Origin: a virus
IMG/VR virus record: IMGVR_UViG_3300010354_015978
Span: 32,001 to 96,000 of that record
Direction: 5' to 3' (one strand)
Length of the DNA: 64,000 bases
A model generated the notes under the pieces. That model searched no databases. It was not told where the DNA came from and saw nothing but the letters and a program-made list of their open reading frames with translations. Positions 21,106-29,806 of this stretch are shown piece by piece. The translations under genes were made by a program, and so were the position numbers. Positions within the stretch are counted from its first letter, which is position 1, and every line of letters begins with the position of its first letter.

Positions 21106-21405
21106 CGAGACCCACCGAAGTGGGTCTCGGGAAGTTTCTGTTTCTCGGTATTCCTACCTCAGCAAGCCTCAAGCGGCCAGTGCGTATAGATCGTCGTTTG
21201 CGTCTATAAATTTGCTCGTTTAACGTCCGTCGCCTGACGTGCTGTCCACTCAGTTACTCTTTGCCCTGTCGAAACCTTGACTGGCCCATCAAAAAACTTC
21301 TTAGCCGACCTTTCGGTATTCTACGGAAAGAAGCCTTTTGGTGGACCAGGTGGGAGTCGAACCCACGTCCAGAACACCTTTCTCATCGCTTCATACAGCA
21401 ATAAT
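21106..21405 (-). ncRNA. ssrA: tmRNA, circularly permuted (two-piece); tag ANDDLYALAA
   Basis: Acceptor piece ...GTGGGTTCGACTCCCACCTGGTCCACCA ends at 21339, upstream of the GGGCCAGTCAAGGTTTCGAC 5' end at 21287; G3:U70 pair; tag ORF 21201-21169; terminal UUCG hairpin 21106-21129. Confidence 0.92.
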
Positions 21406-21800
21406 CAAAAATTTACCACGAACCTGCGACCACGATACTCAAACATCACGGTCTCGCCTACTTGTCGCTGCACGGGCACAGTGTTGCAGACCTGGCGCTG
21501 TTCCACATTGACCTGATCACGGCCGATGCGTTTGCCCACACCAGCACCCACAAGAGCACCCACCACAGTGGCTGCATCACGACCACGACCGTCGCCCACT
21601 TGGTGACCGATGATACCGCCGGCCACGCCGCCGATCACGGTGCCCACGCCAGAATTGTCACGGGTGACATCTTCCATGTAGCATTCTTGCTGATAGGCAG
21701 TGACCATGCGAGGACGACTCCAGACTACCTGGGCCACGTCTTCCGCTGCCATGGCAGCACCGCTGACTACAAATAGACCAATCGCAAACCACTTTTTCAT
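21405..21800 (-). CDS. Glycine-zipper 2TM secreted/membrane protein
   Basis: Signal peptide, GTVIGGVAGGIIGHQVGDGRG. Confidence 0.85.
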   Translation of the reverse strand: MKKWFAIGLFVVSGAAMAAEDVAQVVWSRPRMVTAYQQECYMEDVTRDNSGVGTVIGGVAGGIIGHQVGDGRGRDAATVVGALVGAGVGKRIGRDQVNVEQRQVCNTVPVQRQVGETVMFEYRGRRFVVNF

Positions 21801-22091
21801 GGTGACTCCTTTCTTGATATTTATTACTTTACACAAAACCAATAGGTGCGTCAACCAATTTGGCGCGAAATGGGAAACCTGGGTCATGCCCAGGTCTCCT
21901 CGTATTTGATAAGTGCCAGTTGTCTCGCTAACCAAAGCCTGAACAGCACGTAGTCCGAAAGTTGGTCTTGGTGCTGACAGGTCGGGTCGGTGTTGACTTC
22001 TGGCCGCCTATATCCCACATAGATCGATTCGTCGTCAATGTAGTATGCATCATCGACTCTGCCGGCCTGTAGTAGGATAAACCTTGAAGGA

Positions 22092-22304
22092 TTACTTCTT
22101 AGCGGTTTCGGCTTTCTTATCAGCAGGCTTGGCCGCTTCGCTTTTGGCAGGCTCGGCCTTCTTTTCAGCAGGCTTGGCTGCAGGAGTGGAAGGTGCAGCA
22201 GCAGCGGGCTTGGCTTCGGCCTTCTTTTCAGCGGGCTTGGCGGGTTCGGCTGCAAAAGCGGTCACAGCAAACATGCTGGCTACGAGAGTTGCTAGGAGTT
22301 TCAT
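22092..22304 (-). CDS. Secreted Ala/Lys/Pro-rich low-complexity protein
   Basis: Signal peptide MKLLATLVASMFAVTAFA followed by AKPAEKK repeats; AAAGGA RBS. Confidence 0.75.
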   Translation of the reverse strand: MKLLATLVASMFAVTAFAAEPAKPAEKKAEAKPAAAAPSTPAAKPAEKKAEPAKSEAAKPADKKAETAKK

Positions 22305-22371
22305 ACAGTTTCCTTTCGGTTAAAAACATAGATCCTGTCTATGTACTATATTAAACGCCTTGACCTGCGTC

Positions 22372-22956
22372 CTAGTTGACATCTCTTGGCAGGGGTTTGC
22401 CCAGATCGCTCCACTGTTGATCAGTGACCCCCCGCATGCGCAGGCTGCAGGACACCCGGGGTACTGGCCCGGCATTGACTTGTACGCTGTGTGGAACTTT
22501 GATTTGGATCAAGGTTGGCCGCCGGATCGTGACCCGATGTGTTTCTTGGACATTGTCAAGATCGAATCCCAGATAGGTCACGGGACCGGCACCAATTGTG
22601 CGTCGTGTAGGCTCGGTTCGAGCATGGTAGAATATTGTGTCAGTTTGGTCGGTGTTGAGAATAGGTAAAACCAAACTGTGATCACAATCGCCGGTATCAA
22701 GATGTGGTGACAAGCCGTCTTGATAGGATACAACAATACCAGTACATTTCCAATTGGCCATCAATCCTAAGTCATTGATCATTTTGCGCAGCGACGAGAT
22801 TTTGGTAAATCTGTCAGGTTGCTGGTAGTGCCAATCGTCCAGATAAAAAACTGAGGTCGCTGTTTGATCTTGGATGTTTGGGTGTATCAACGCCAACAGG
22901 TCCTCGCGTACTTGAGGCCAATTCGGATGTTGTAGTTCGATATAGGGGGTTGACAC
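22372..22956 (-). CDS. Hypothetical protein, possible 2OG-Fe(II)/cupin fold
   Basis: PHLD ... PHSV HxD...H pattern. Confidence 0.55.
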   Translation of the reverse strand: MSTPYIELQHPNWPQVREDLLALIHPNIQDQTATSVFYLDDWHYQQPDRFTKISSLRKMINDLGLMANWKCTGIVVSYQDGLSPHLDTGDCDHSLVLPILNTDQTDTIFYHARTEPTRRTIGAGPVTYLGFDLDNVQETHRVTIRRPTLIQIKVPHSVQVNAGPVPRVSCSLRMRGVTDQQWSDLGKPLPRDVN

Positions 22957-22970
22957 AAGGTACTTATGGT

Positions 22971-23045
22971 TGGTAGGCGGTGAGGGGATCGAACCCCCGA
23001 CCCTCTCCGTGTAAAGGAGACGCTCTACCTCTGAGCTAACCGCCT
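22971..23045 (-). tRNA. tRNA-Val(TAC)
   Basis: Cloverleaf, anticodon loop TTTACAC, encoded CCA. Confidence 0.95.
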
Positions 23046-23048
23046 AAA

Positions 23049-23126
23049 TGGTCGGAATGGAGGGATTCGAACCCCCGACCCTCTGCTCCCAAAGCAGATG
23101 CGCTAGCCAGGCTGCGCTACATTCCG
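23049..23126 (-). tRNA. tRNA-Pro(TGG)
   Basis: Cloverleaf, loop TTTGGGA, CCA. Confidence 0.95.
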
Positions 23127-23393
23127 GGAAGTGCTGTCAGTGGTAAGTGGGCTGCAACCACGAAACACATAGGCTTTGGCCGTGCGTAGTTCCATGAGGC
23201 TGAGCACACCGTCACTGTTCTTGTCGGCCTGGTCAAACAGGCTCTTGCTGATCTCGCAGTCCAGGCGCAGTTCTTCAAGACTGAGGCGACCGTCCAGATT
23301 CTGATCATAGAGATCTAATCTACGTTCGGTGGCCGACTGGGCCAAGGCCGACACGCTGGCAACGGCCATCAATGACACGATTAACTTCTTCAT
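23103..23393 (-). CDS. Secreted EF-hand protein
   Basis: Signal peptide, DQNLDGRLSLEE and DKNSDGVLSLME EF-hand loops; stop overlaps tRNA-Pro. Confidence 0.75.
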   Translation of the reverse strand: MKKLIVSLMAVASVSALAQSATERRLDLYDQNLDGRLSLEELRLDCEISKSLFDQADKNSDGVLSLMELRTAKAYVFRGCSPLTTDSTSRNVAQPG

Positions 23394-23419
23394 ATTTGGT
23401 ACTCCTATATAGACCAACT

Positions 23420-23493
23420 TGGCTGGGGTGCATGGGCTCGAACCACGATTAGCGGAATCAAAATCCGCTGTCCTACCATTAGACGACACCCCA
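23420..23493 (-). tRNA. tRNA-Gln(TTG)
   Basis: Cloverleaf, loop TTTTGAT, CCA. Confidence 0.95.
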
Positions 23494-23495
23494 AA

Positions 23496-23744
23496 TTAGT
23501 TTTCGAAACAGCGATAACCGGCCTGATGTTCGAAAGTCAACAGGCCAGCGCGAGGAGAACCTGGACGGGTACAAATCCCCCAATCCGTGCCAAGATCCTT
23601 GCCCAGCGGGCGCCACCACCGACAGCCGCTGGAGCAGTCGGGGTAGTATTCTTCGGGATGGTCCCAACGTTCCACTTCTCCACCGTAGTCACGATAGTCT
23701 GTGGGCAAACGCACCAGGATGTTCCAGTACCCTTTTTCACTCAT
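23496..23744 (-). CDS. Cys-rich hypothetical protein (DUF3027-like)
   Basis: CSSGCRWW...DWGIC...FEH...C pattern. Confidence 0.55.
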   Translation of the reverse strand: MSEKGYWNILVRLPTDYRDYGGEVERWDHPEEYYPDCSSGCRWWRPLGKDLGTDWGICTRPGSPRAGLLTFEHQAGYRCFEN

Positions 23745-23756
23745 GGGCGTAGTATA

Positions 23757-24191
23757 CTACACCACATATTCATAGTTAATGGTTTCTGGGTTGCTGCGGA
23801 ACACCAAAGCACCATTTCGGAGATGGAACTTGCGCGCCATCTCGGTGGGTGGACTGAGAGTGACGAACCTAGTGATCTCGGGGCGATGTTCGCGGATCCA
23901 ATCGCGCGCCTGGAAAATGAGATCACGCCCGGCTCCGGGCTGATAACTCCATATTGTGTAGAAGATCGCGACCAAGGGATGATCGCAGTCCTGAAAGAGA
24001 TCACGCTCGCTCTCGGGTATGGTGGCCTGATAACTCACACAGGTCACGGCCAGAGCACGGTCTTGGTCCCGGCTCACAAACACATCGCGATTGGGACCTA
24101 TGCGTGTCTGTTGTGGGATGCCGGGACGCACGGGATCTTCCTCTAGCAGTCGGAACAGGTCATCGGTGGTGTTGCGTATAAGATGGAGCAT
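23757..24191 (-). CDS. Hypothetical protein, possible GNAT-like fold
   Basis: FYTIWSY..GAGR...FH..NG pattern. Confidence 0.65.
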   Translation of the reverse strand: MLHLIRNTTDDLFRLLEEDPVRPGIPQQTRIGPNRDVFVSRDQDRALAVTCVSYQATIPESERDLFQDCDHPLVAIFYTIWSYQPGAGRDLIFQARDWIREHRPEITRFVTLSPPTEMARKFHLRNGALVFRSNPETINYEYVV

Positions 24192-24231
24192 AATCAACGT
24201 ATATATCTAAAAGATTAAAAAACAACTAGAA

Positions 24232-24308
24232 TGGCCCGGCCGGAGGGATTCGAACCCCCGACCGTGGGATTAGAAATCCCATGCTCTATCCTACTGAGCT
24301 ACGGCCGG
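24232..24308 (-). tRNA. tRNA-Arg(TCT)
   Basis: Cloverleaf, loop TTTCTAA, CCA. Confidence 0.95.
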
Positions 24309-24311
24309 ACA

Positions 24312-24387
24312 TGGAGCGGGAGACGAGGCTTGAACTCGCGACATCCGGTTTGGAAGACCGGTGCTCTACCAACTGAGCTACTCCCGC
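24312..24387 (-). tRNA. tRNA-Gly(TCC)
   Basis: Cloverleaf, loop CTTCCAA, CCA. Confidence 0.95.
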
Positions 24388-24390
24388 GTA

Positions 24391-24861
24391 TTAGGCCACC
24401 ATGGCGCGCTGCAAGCGATCAGCGGCGTAACTGGCCGCAAACGCATTGGGCTTGACCATGGGGATGACATTGCAGGTACCGCGTATGTAACCAATGGCCT
24501 GCTGTATCACGCAACTGCTGCCGTAGTGATCGTTGGGGTTGATGTCAAGATGCACTTCAACTTCACGATCAGCCAGCACCGGTGACAGTCTTTGATACAT
24601 CTCACTGACACGATAAACTTCGTTCATGAGACGCATGCTGGGCCGGTCCACTCTCTGATCAAAGTCGCGCTCGCGCGAAACTTCGCCAAAAATTTTGCAA
24701 CCGTTGTTGCCATTGACATGCACCACGATGGCCACGGTGTATTCCGCCCACCAGGTATGACGGAAACGATACCTGACGCTATCAGCACCCAAGTACACCC
24801 TGGTGCCAGGTCCCTGTTGTTTAATGAAGTCCTGGACTTCTTGTAGGTTTATTTTTTGCAT
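24391..24861 (-). CDS. RNase H-like YkuK/DUF458 family protein
   Basis: VYLGADS, RLMNEV, EVHLDIN, KPNAFAASYAAD. Confidence 0.8.
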   Translation of the reverse strand: MQKINLQEVQDFIKQQGPGTRVYLGADSVRYRFRHTWWAEYTVAIVVHVNGNNGCKIFGEVSRERDFDQRVDRPSMRLMNEVYRVSEMYQRLSPVLADREVEVHLDINPNDHYGSSCVIQQAIGYIRGTCNVIPMVKPNAFAASYAADRLQRAMVA

Positions 24862-24873
24862 AAGTCACTTGTT

Positions 24874-25455
24874 TTAATCCACGGTGTTGAGAGACGAGCT
24901 CTTGAACCCCACCATGCCGCCTTCCTGCTGGATGCGTTTGATGACATCTTCAAACAGTATGGGGCGATAGTCTGTGTGTTCCACGCACACACAATGATAT
25001 CTAGTGTCAATCACCGGCTGGGCACCGGCATATTTGGCTCGCATCACGCGCCGGTAGTGCAGGTGACCGTGTATGTTACAGCCAAAGCGTCCCAGGCTTT
25101 CTTCATGCACCGGCACATGGCTCAATATCATGCCGTTCATGACATGGTAGCTGCGGATGTCGCGGAAGTGCGCAGCATAGTCATTGAGCTTGAAGATGTC
25201 ATGGTTGCCCTTGATCAAGACCTTGTCGCCCTTGAGACGGCGCAGGATGTTGAGACTGCGTCGATTGATCACGACATCGCCGAGATGATACACTTTGTCA
25301 TTGGGGCGCACGGTTTCGTTCCAACGCTGCACCATGGCTTCGTCCATTTCTTCAACGTCGTCCCAGGGGCGCAGTTTGCTACCGTCATCCCGGGTGAATC
25401 TGCAGACGCCGGTATGGCCAAAGTGAGTGTCACTGACCAGATATACCGCGGGCAT
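24874..25455 (-). CDS. Calcineurin-like metallophosphoesterase
   Basis: SDTHFGH, HLGD, GNHD, HGHLH. Confidence 0.92.
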   Translation of the reverse strand: MPAVYLVSDTHFGHTGVCRFTRDDGSKLRPWDDVEEMDEAMVQRWNETVRPNDKVYHLGDVVINRRSLNILRRLKGDKVLIKGNHDIFKLNDYAAHFRDIRSYHVMNGMILSHVPVHEESLGRFGCNIHGHLHYRRVMRAKYAGAQPVIDTRYHCVCVEHTDYRPILFEDVIKRIQQEGGMVGFKSSSLNTVD

Positions 25456-25466
25456 GATAGTTCTCC

Positions 25467-26063
25467 TTATATGAGTTTGTGCGCAGCCACCATGAACCAG
25501 GCCGGGATGTTGTGCCCCGGCACTGGCATCTGTACGCTGCGAATGCTTTCTATGTCAAGATGTGGTTGCACAGCATCCGCTATGTCAGCAAGACTGCGGT
25601 GACTGAGCTTGGGATCATCGCGGCGTCTTTGCTCGGTGCAGTCTACCACGCTGATGTATCTACCATGTGGTGCAAGATGCCGTGCTGCCGCGGCCACCAA
25701 GGCACTGCGGTCCTGACTGCGATTCAACACCACCATGACTCCGCGTTCAAACACCACGTCAAACTTGCCAAGATCCACACCGGGATCCAGTATGTCCGCA
25801 TGTCGGAAATCTATGTTGGGCCAAGATGCACGACATTGTTGTATGATGTAATCGCTGATGTCCACGGCCACTACATCATGTCCCTGTGATTCTAACCAGG
25901 CCGCATTGTAGCCTTGTCCGCAACCAATCTCCAGAACACGCAGGAAACGCTGTGGCTGCGATGAGAGCCATGCTTCTAGGTCAGCATCATGCACATGGTG
26001 CATCCATGCCGCTGACATCTGCTGCCACTGTTGATTCCAAAATTGTTGTAAAGGTTTGTCCAT
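25467..26063 (-). CDS. Class I SAM-dependent methyltransferase
   Basis: VLEIGCGQG, AVDIS, FDVV. Confidence 0.85.
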   Translation of the reverse strand: MDKPLQQFWNQQWQQMSAAWMHHVHDADLEAWLSSQPQRFLRVLEIGCGQGYNAAWLESQGHDVVAVDISDYIIQQCRASWPNIDFRHADILDPGVDLGKFDVVFERGVMVVLNRSQDRSALVAAAARHLAPHGRYISVVDCTEQRRRDDPKLSHRSLADIADAVQPHLDIESIRSVQMPVPGHNIPAWFMVAAHKLI

Positions 26064-26283
26064 AGCAAAGGTCACTGTCCTGTGTTTAAGAGCCAGGTGT
26101 GTTGGCCAGGGCTACCTGCCCTGCACCCAGCTCTCCTGATCATGCTTATTCCAGAAGCCATCCGGATACCACCCAATTGGGTCGCAGTGGATCGTGGATC
26201 GGTTGCTCCCCTGACAGTTGGGGTATTGCTGGCGAAGCGGTCTTTCGCTCACGACCTTTGCTATGGTCACACGTAATTATAAC

Positions 26284-26375
26284 TGGTACCCCGGGCCGGA
26301 GTCGAACCGACATTGGCCAATTATCTGTTGCACACGGGATATAAATCCGCTGTTTTACCATTAAACTACCGGGGC
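26284..26375 (-). tRNA. tRNA-Ile(TAT) with long variable arm
   Basis: 7/5 cloverleaf, loop TTTATAT, 22-nt extra arm, CCA. Confidence 0.75.
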
Positions 26376-26381
26376 ATGTCA

Positions 26382-26459
26382 TGGAGCATCGGGTGAGATT
26401 CGAACTCACGAATCGACGGCTTTGCAGGCCGCGCCATTGGACCACTCTGGTACCGATGC
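26382..26459 (-). tRNA. tRNA-Cys(GCA)
   Basis: Loop CTGCAAA, U73, CCA. Confidence 0.93.
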
Positions 26460-26464
26460 ATGAT

Positions 26465-26539
26465 TGGAGCGGACGGAGGGATTCGAACCCTCGACATTCA
26501 CGTTGGCAACGTGACATTCTACCACTGAATTACGCCCGC
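26465..26539 (-). tRNA. tRNA-Gly(GCC)
   Basis: Loop TTGCCAA, CCA. Confidence 0.95.
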
Positions 26540-26552
26540 TTATAAATATCCT

Positions 26553-27140
26553 ATGTTTCAATTCTTCACTAATGGTCGTTTGGCTTGGTTGCGTGTCCTG
26601 AAAAATGCCAGTTCTAGTTATGCTCGTGTGTTCGAAGATCTGGACTGGGAATTACACGATCTCTACAAAACCAAAATTGATACTGACTCTCTGACTTGGT
26701 TTGGTCTACTACGCGATCCCAATGTAAGACACAGCATGGGCATCGTGCAGTATCTCATGGAGCAAAGCCTTCAGGCCTGTCTAGATGAACCACTGTGTCA
26801 TCCCTTGCTGACATCGGCCTGCTTGGATGCACATAGCATGCCCATCACGGCCCAGATACCCGAAAGCATCGTGCATCGGGCACACTGGTTTGTGCTGGAC
26901 CATCCTACGTACGATCATGAGCGACTGTTGAGAAATTTTCTAAGAACTCACAAATTTGAACTGCCACCGGTGCCACGCATACACGAAAGTACCGCGGAAA
27001 AACGACAAATGCAGCAGCGCATCGAAGATCTCAAAAAAGCCAATACCATGGCCTGGTACAAACTACAGATGGTGTTGGGTGCAGATCTCAAGCTCTATCG
27101 ACACAGACTGCAGATGCAGCATCTATACGATACGCCATGA
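26553..27140 (+). CDS. Hypothetical sulfotransferase-like protein
   Basis: KNASSS and RDP motifs; TATAAATA directly upstream. Confidence 0.6.
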   Translation: MFQFFTNGRLAWLRVLKNASSSYARVFEDLDWELHDLYKTKIDTDSLTWFGLLRDPNVRHSMGIVQYLMEQSLQACLDEPLCHPLLTSACLDAHSMPITAQIPESIVHRAHWFVLDHPTYDHERLLRNFLRTHKFELPPVPRIHESTAEKRQMQQRIEDLKKANTMAWYKLQMVLGADLKLYRHRLQMQHLYDTP

Positions 27141-27142
27141 AC

Positions 27143-27234
27143 TGGCGGTGAGTGTTGGATTCGAACCAACGGACCCGGTTGCCCAGATCGACAGGTTAGC
27201 AACCTGCTGCTTTCGACCACTCAGCCAACTCACC
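27143..27234 (-). tRNA. tRNA-Ser(GCT)
   Basis: Loop TTGCTAA, long variable arm, G73. Confidence 0.95.
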
Positions 27235-27236
27235 TT

Positions 27237-27341
27237 TTATTCGTCTTTGTTGCGCCACGGCCACCACATGTAAGCGGTACAGGCCGCTGCGGCGATTGTA
27301 AATGCCAAGATACCAACGATGTTTGCTGCTATGAATTCCAC
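27237..27341 (-). CDS. Small membrane peptide (34 aa)
   Basis: GTG start, hydrophobic IVGILAFTIAAAA stretch. Confidence 0.45.
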   Translation of the reverse strand: MEFIAANIVGILAFTIAAAACTAYMWWPWRNKDE

Positions 27342-27362
27342 TGTTCTACTCTCTCTGTTGTA

Positions 27363-27437
27363 TGGTGCCGGCGGAGAGATTTGAACTCCCGACCAACGGT
27401 TTACAAAACCGCTGCACTACCACTGTGCTACGCCGGC
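27363..27437 (-). tRNA. tRNA-Thr(TGT)
   Basis: Loop TTTGTAA, CCA. Confidence 0.95.
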
Positions 27438-27484
27438 GCGATTTGATTATTATATAGCAAGGCATATGGCCTTGCAATGCTATC

Positions 27485-27577
27485 TGGCGGAAAAGGTGAG
27501 ACTCGAACTCACACACTCCTGTCGGAGCCTTCGGTTTTCAAGACCGCTGCCGCTAGTCCAACTCGGCTAACTTTTCC
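27485..27577 (-). tRNA. tRNA-Ser(TGA)
   Basis: Loop CTTGAAA, long variable arm, G73. Confidence 0.9.
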
Positions 27578-27684
27578 AAGATCCGGTTACCCAGTCCGGA
27601 GCAGGCGTTAGGTCCCTGCGGCGCCTCAGTTCACCCATCCCGATGCCATGCCAAGCAGAGAGCCAGCCGGACGTTCGCTGTGTA

Positions 27685-27759
27685 TGGTGCTGATGAGTGG
27701 GATCGAACCACCGGCTTCCTCCTTACCAAGGAGGTACTCTACCACTGAGTTACATCAGC
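27685..27759 (-). tRNA. tRNA-Thr(GGT)
   Basis: Loop TTGGTAA, CCA. Confidence 0.95.
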
Positions 27760-29314
27760 GTTGTTGTCTTGCCTGTTGCCAGACTATGTCTTTGTATTGC
27801 CTGGCCATGCGCCACTTGCGACGCACGATGTCGTCCCAGGGCAGTTGATCATAAGGAACACGGAACTGCTGTAGGTCATCGTAGCCCAGGCCCATGAATG
27901 TCCAGACCTGGTTGCTGGTGGGTCTGCGCACCACGCCAAAGTTGGCTTTGTCGCTGAGTTCACAGGCGCGGTAAAAGTCCATGTGATCGTTTTCCCAGTA
28001 CAGCACGTTGGGATTGTCCTCGCAGGGACGGATGTTGCGATAGCCGTACTTTTCGGGATTGAGCTCTATCTTGCTGGGATAGAGATTGTATCCACGGTAG
28101 AGGTAGAACGCCGGCATGGCATAACTGTCCAAGGGGTTTTCGCTGCTGCGCAACCACTCTATGGTCTGTTCTAGGCTTTCCTGTGTCTCGTGTGGCAGGC
28201 CTGCTATGAGACTGGCACTGAGCATGGTCTTGGGCCAGCGATGCCGGAGTTCTTGCAGTCCCGCCGTGATGCGTTCGCGATCGGCACTCTTGCCAATGGC
28301 GCTGCCGGTGCGTTTGTTGAGGCTCTCGATACCAAAGTGCGTGGCTCTGCATCCGCTTTCGTAGATCATGTCCATCTGATCACGGTGTGCCACGATGAGG
28401 TCCAGTCTTAGATAGGCCCAGTACTCCAGCTCAAATGGCAGCGCACGACTGAGATCCAACATGTACTGCACCTTCTCTCGGCTGTCGTTGAAGGTGTCAT
28501 CCAAGAGATAGTATCGCGTGATGCCATAGCGTTCGTAGTTTTCCACCATCTCGCGATACAAGAGATCGTGTCGCTTGATGTAGTCCAGTTTGTTCTTGCC
28601 ATTGAGCGGATAACTGCAAAATGCGCAGTGGAAGATGCATCCACGCGACACTTCTATGGGCAGGCTTTCGCCGGGCAAGACACCATCATAGGGCCGGTAA
28701 CTCATGGTGGAGTTCACAAAGTCATATGACTCGGCCCGGCGATCATCTATGATGGTCGGACCCCAGATGCTGCGCTGCCGTTTGGGCAGCCTGATGCCTT
28801 GGCTGAGGTGTTGTGCCAGCCATACTATGCTGAGGTCAGCGTAGCCTGGTATCACGTAGTCATAATCGCGATTGAAATCGCTGTCGTGTGCCAGGGGACC
28901 GCCCAACACAAACTTGACTCTGGGATTGATACCATGTACATGGGCTTTGAGCTGTTGGTTGTATTGATGTCCGTGTGGCAGCATGGCGCCGTTCATGCGG
29001 CTCATGCTGTGGCTCAACACCATGTCGCGATCTCGGGGCTCTGCGATGCTGTAGTCAAACTGCCGTATCTCGCGGTAAAACATGGGATTGAACCCAATGA
29101 ACAAGGTCTGGTCGCTGACCAGTCCCGACAGGATGTCAAAGATTTCCTCGGGAGCGAACACATGAGCGTGGTGCAGCACGAACACTTCAAACCCAGCCTG
29201 CCGGAGCTCATAGGCCACTTTGTAGGGCCCGTAACTCTTGGTCAGTCCGTATGTTTCAGTGATGTCCGAGATGAAAATTACGTTGGGGCGACTGTTGTCG
29301 AACCATTCGTTCAT
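27755..29314 (-). CDS. B12-binding-type radical SAM protein
   Basis: EVSRGCIFHCAFC, DDTFN, GIES; N-terminal Rossmann-like domain. Confidence 0.85.
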   Translation of the reverse strand: MNEWFDNSRPNVIFISDITETYGLTKSYGPYKVAYELRQAGFEVFVLHHAHVFAPEEIFDILSGLVSDQTLFIGFNPMFYREIRQFDYSIAEPRDRDMVLSHSMSRMNGAMLPHGHQYNQQLKAHVHGINPRVKFVLGGPLAHDSDFNRDYDYVIPGYADLSIVWLAQHLSQGIRLPKRQRSIWGPTIIDDRRAESYDFVNSTMSYRPYDGVLPGESLPIEVSRGCIFHCAFCSYPLNGKNKLDYIKRHDLLYREMVENYERYGITRYYLLDDTFNDSREKVQYMLDLSRALPFELEYWAYLRLDLIVAHRDQMDMIYESGCRATHFGIESLNKRTGSAIGKSADRERITAGLQELRHRWPKTMLSASLIAGLPHETQESLEQTIEWLRSSENPLDSYAMPAFYLYRGYNLYPSKIELNPEKYGYRNIRPCEDNPNVLYWENDHMDFYRACELSDKANFGVVRRPTSNQVWTFMGLGYDDLQQFRVPYDQLPWDDIVRRKWRMARQYKDIVWQQARQQR

Positions 29315-29330
29315 GTCATTATATATGCAT

Positions 29331-29408
29331 TGGTGGTGATGGGTGGGATCGAACCACCGACCTTGGGGTTATGAATCCCACGCTCTGACCGGACTGAGCT
29401 ACATCACC
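29331..29408 (-). tRNA. tRNA-Met(CAT), elongator type
   Basis: Loop TTCATAA, paired G1-C72 (not initiator); Ile2 not excluded. Confidence 0.85.
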
Positions 29409-29413
29409 GGAAG

Positions 29414-29489
29414 TGGTACGGGCAGAGGGATTCGAACCCACGACCAACAGATTAAAAGTCTGCTGCTCTACCGACTGAGCTATGCCCGC
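29414..29489 (-). tRNA. tRNA-Lys(TTT)
   Basis: Loop CTTTTAA, CCA. Confidence 0.95.
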
Positions 29490-29490
29490 A

Positions 29491-29553
29491 TCAAAGACGT
29501 CGCATCACGATGAACAACATCACGAAAATTACCAAGATGACAAAGGCAGCCAT
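29491..29553 (-). CDS. 20-aa hydrophobic peptide MAAFVILVIFVMLFIVMRRL
   Basis: AGGAG RBS; fills the tRNA spacer. Confidence 0.5.
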   Translation of the reverse strand: MAAFVILVIFVMLFIVMRRL

Positions 29554-29568
29554 GATGTTCTCCTAGAT

Positions 29569-29644
29569 TGGTGCCTGGTGCTGGATTCGAACCAGCGACC
29601 CGCGCCTTATCAAGACGCTGCTCTACCAACTGAGCTAACCGGGC
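29569..29644 (-). tRNA. tRNA-Ile(GAT)
   Basis: Loop TTGATAA, CCA. Confidence 0.95.
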
Positions 29645-29645
29645 A

Positions 29646-29722
29646 TGGGGTGACTGGTGGGAATCGAACCCACGAATGTCGGGATCACAACCCGAGGCCT
29701 TGACCGCTTGGCTACAGCCACC
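29646..29722 (-). tRNA. tRNA-His(GTG)
   Basis: Loop TTGTGAT, G-1/C73. Confidence 0.95.
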
Positions 29723-29729
29723 ATGGACA

Positions 29730-29806
29730 TGGTCTCTGTGACAGGATTTGAACCTGCGACCCCTTGCACCCCATGCAAGTGCGCTACCAGTCTGCGCCAC
29801 ACAGAG
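29730..29806 (-). tRNA. tRNA-Pro(GGG)
   Basis: Loop ATGGGGT, CCA. Confidence 0.93.

Noticed and set aside
27580-27682. Possible tRNA-associated HDV-like (theta) or hammerhead ribozyme
   Set aside because: Stems exist (GTCCGG/CCGGAC, AGGCG/CGCCT) but I could not identify a catalytic core, and the tRNAs already encode CCA.
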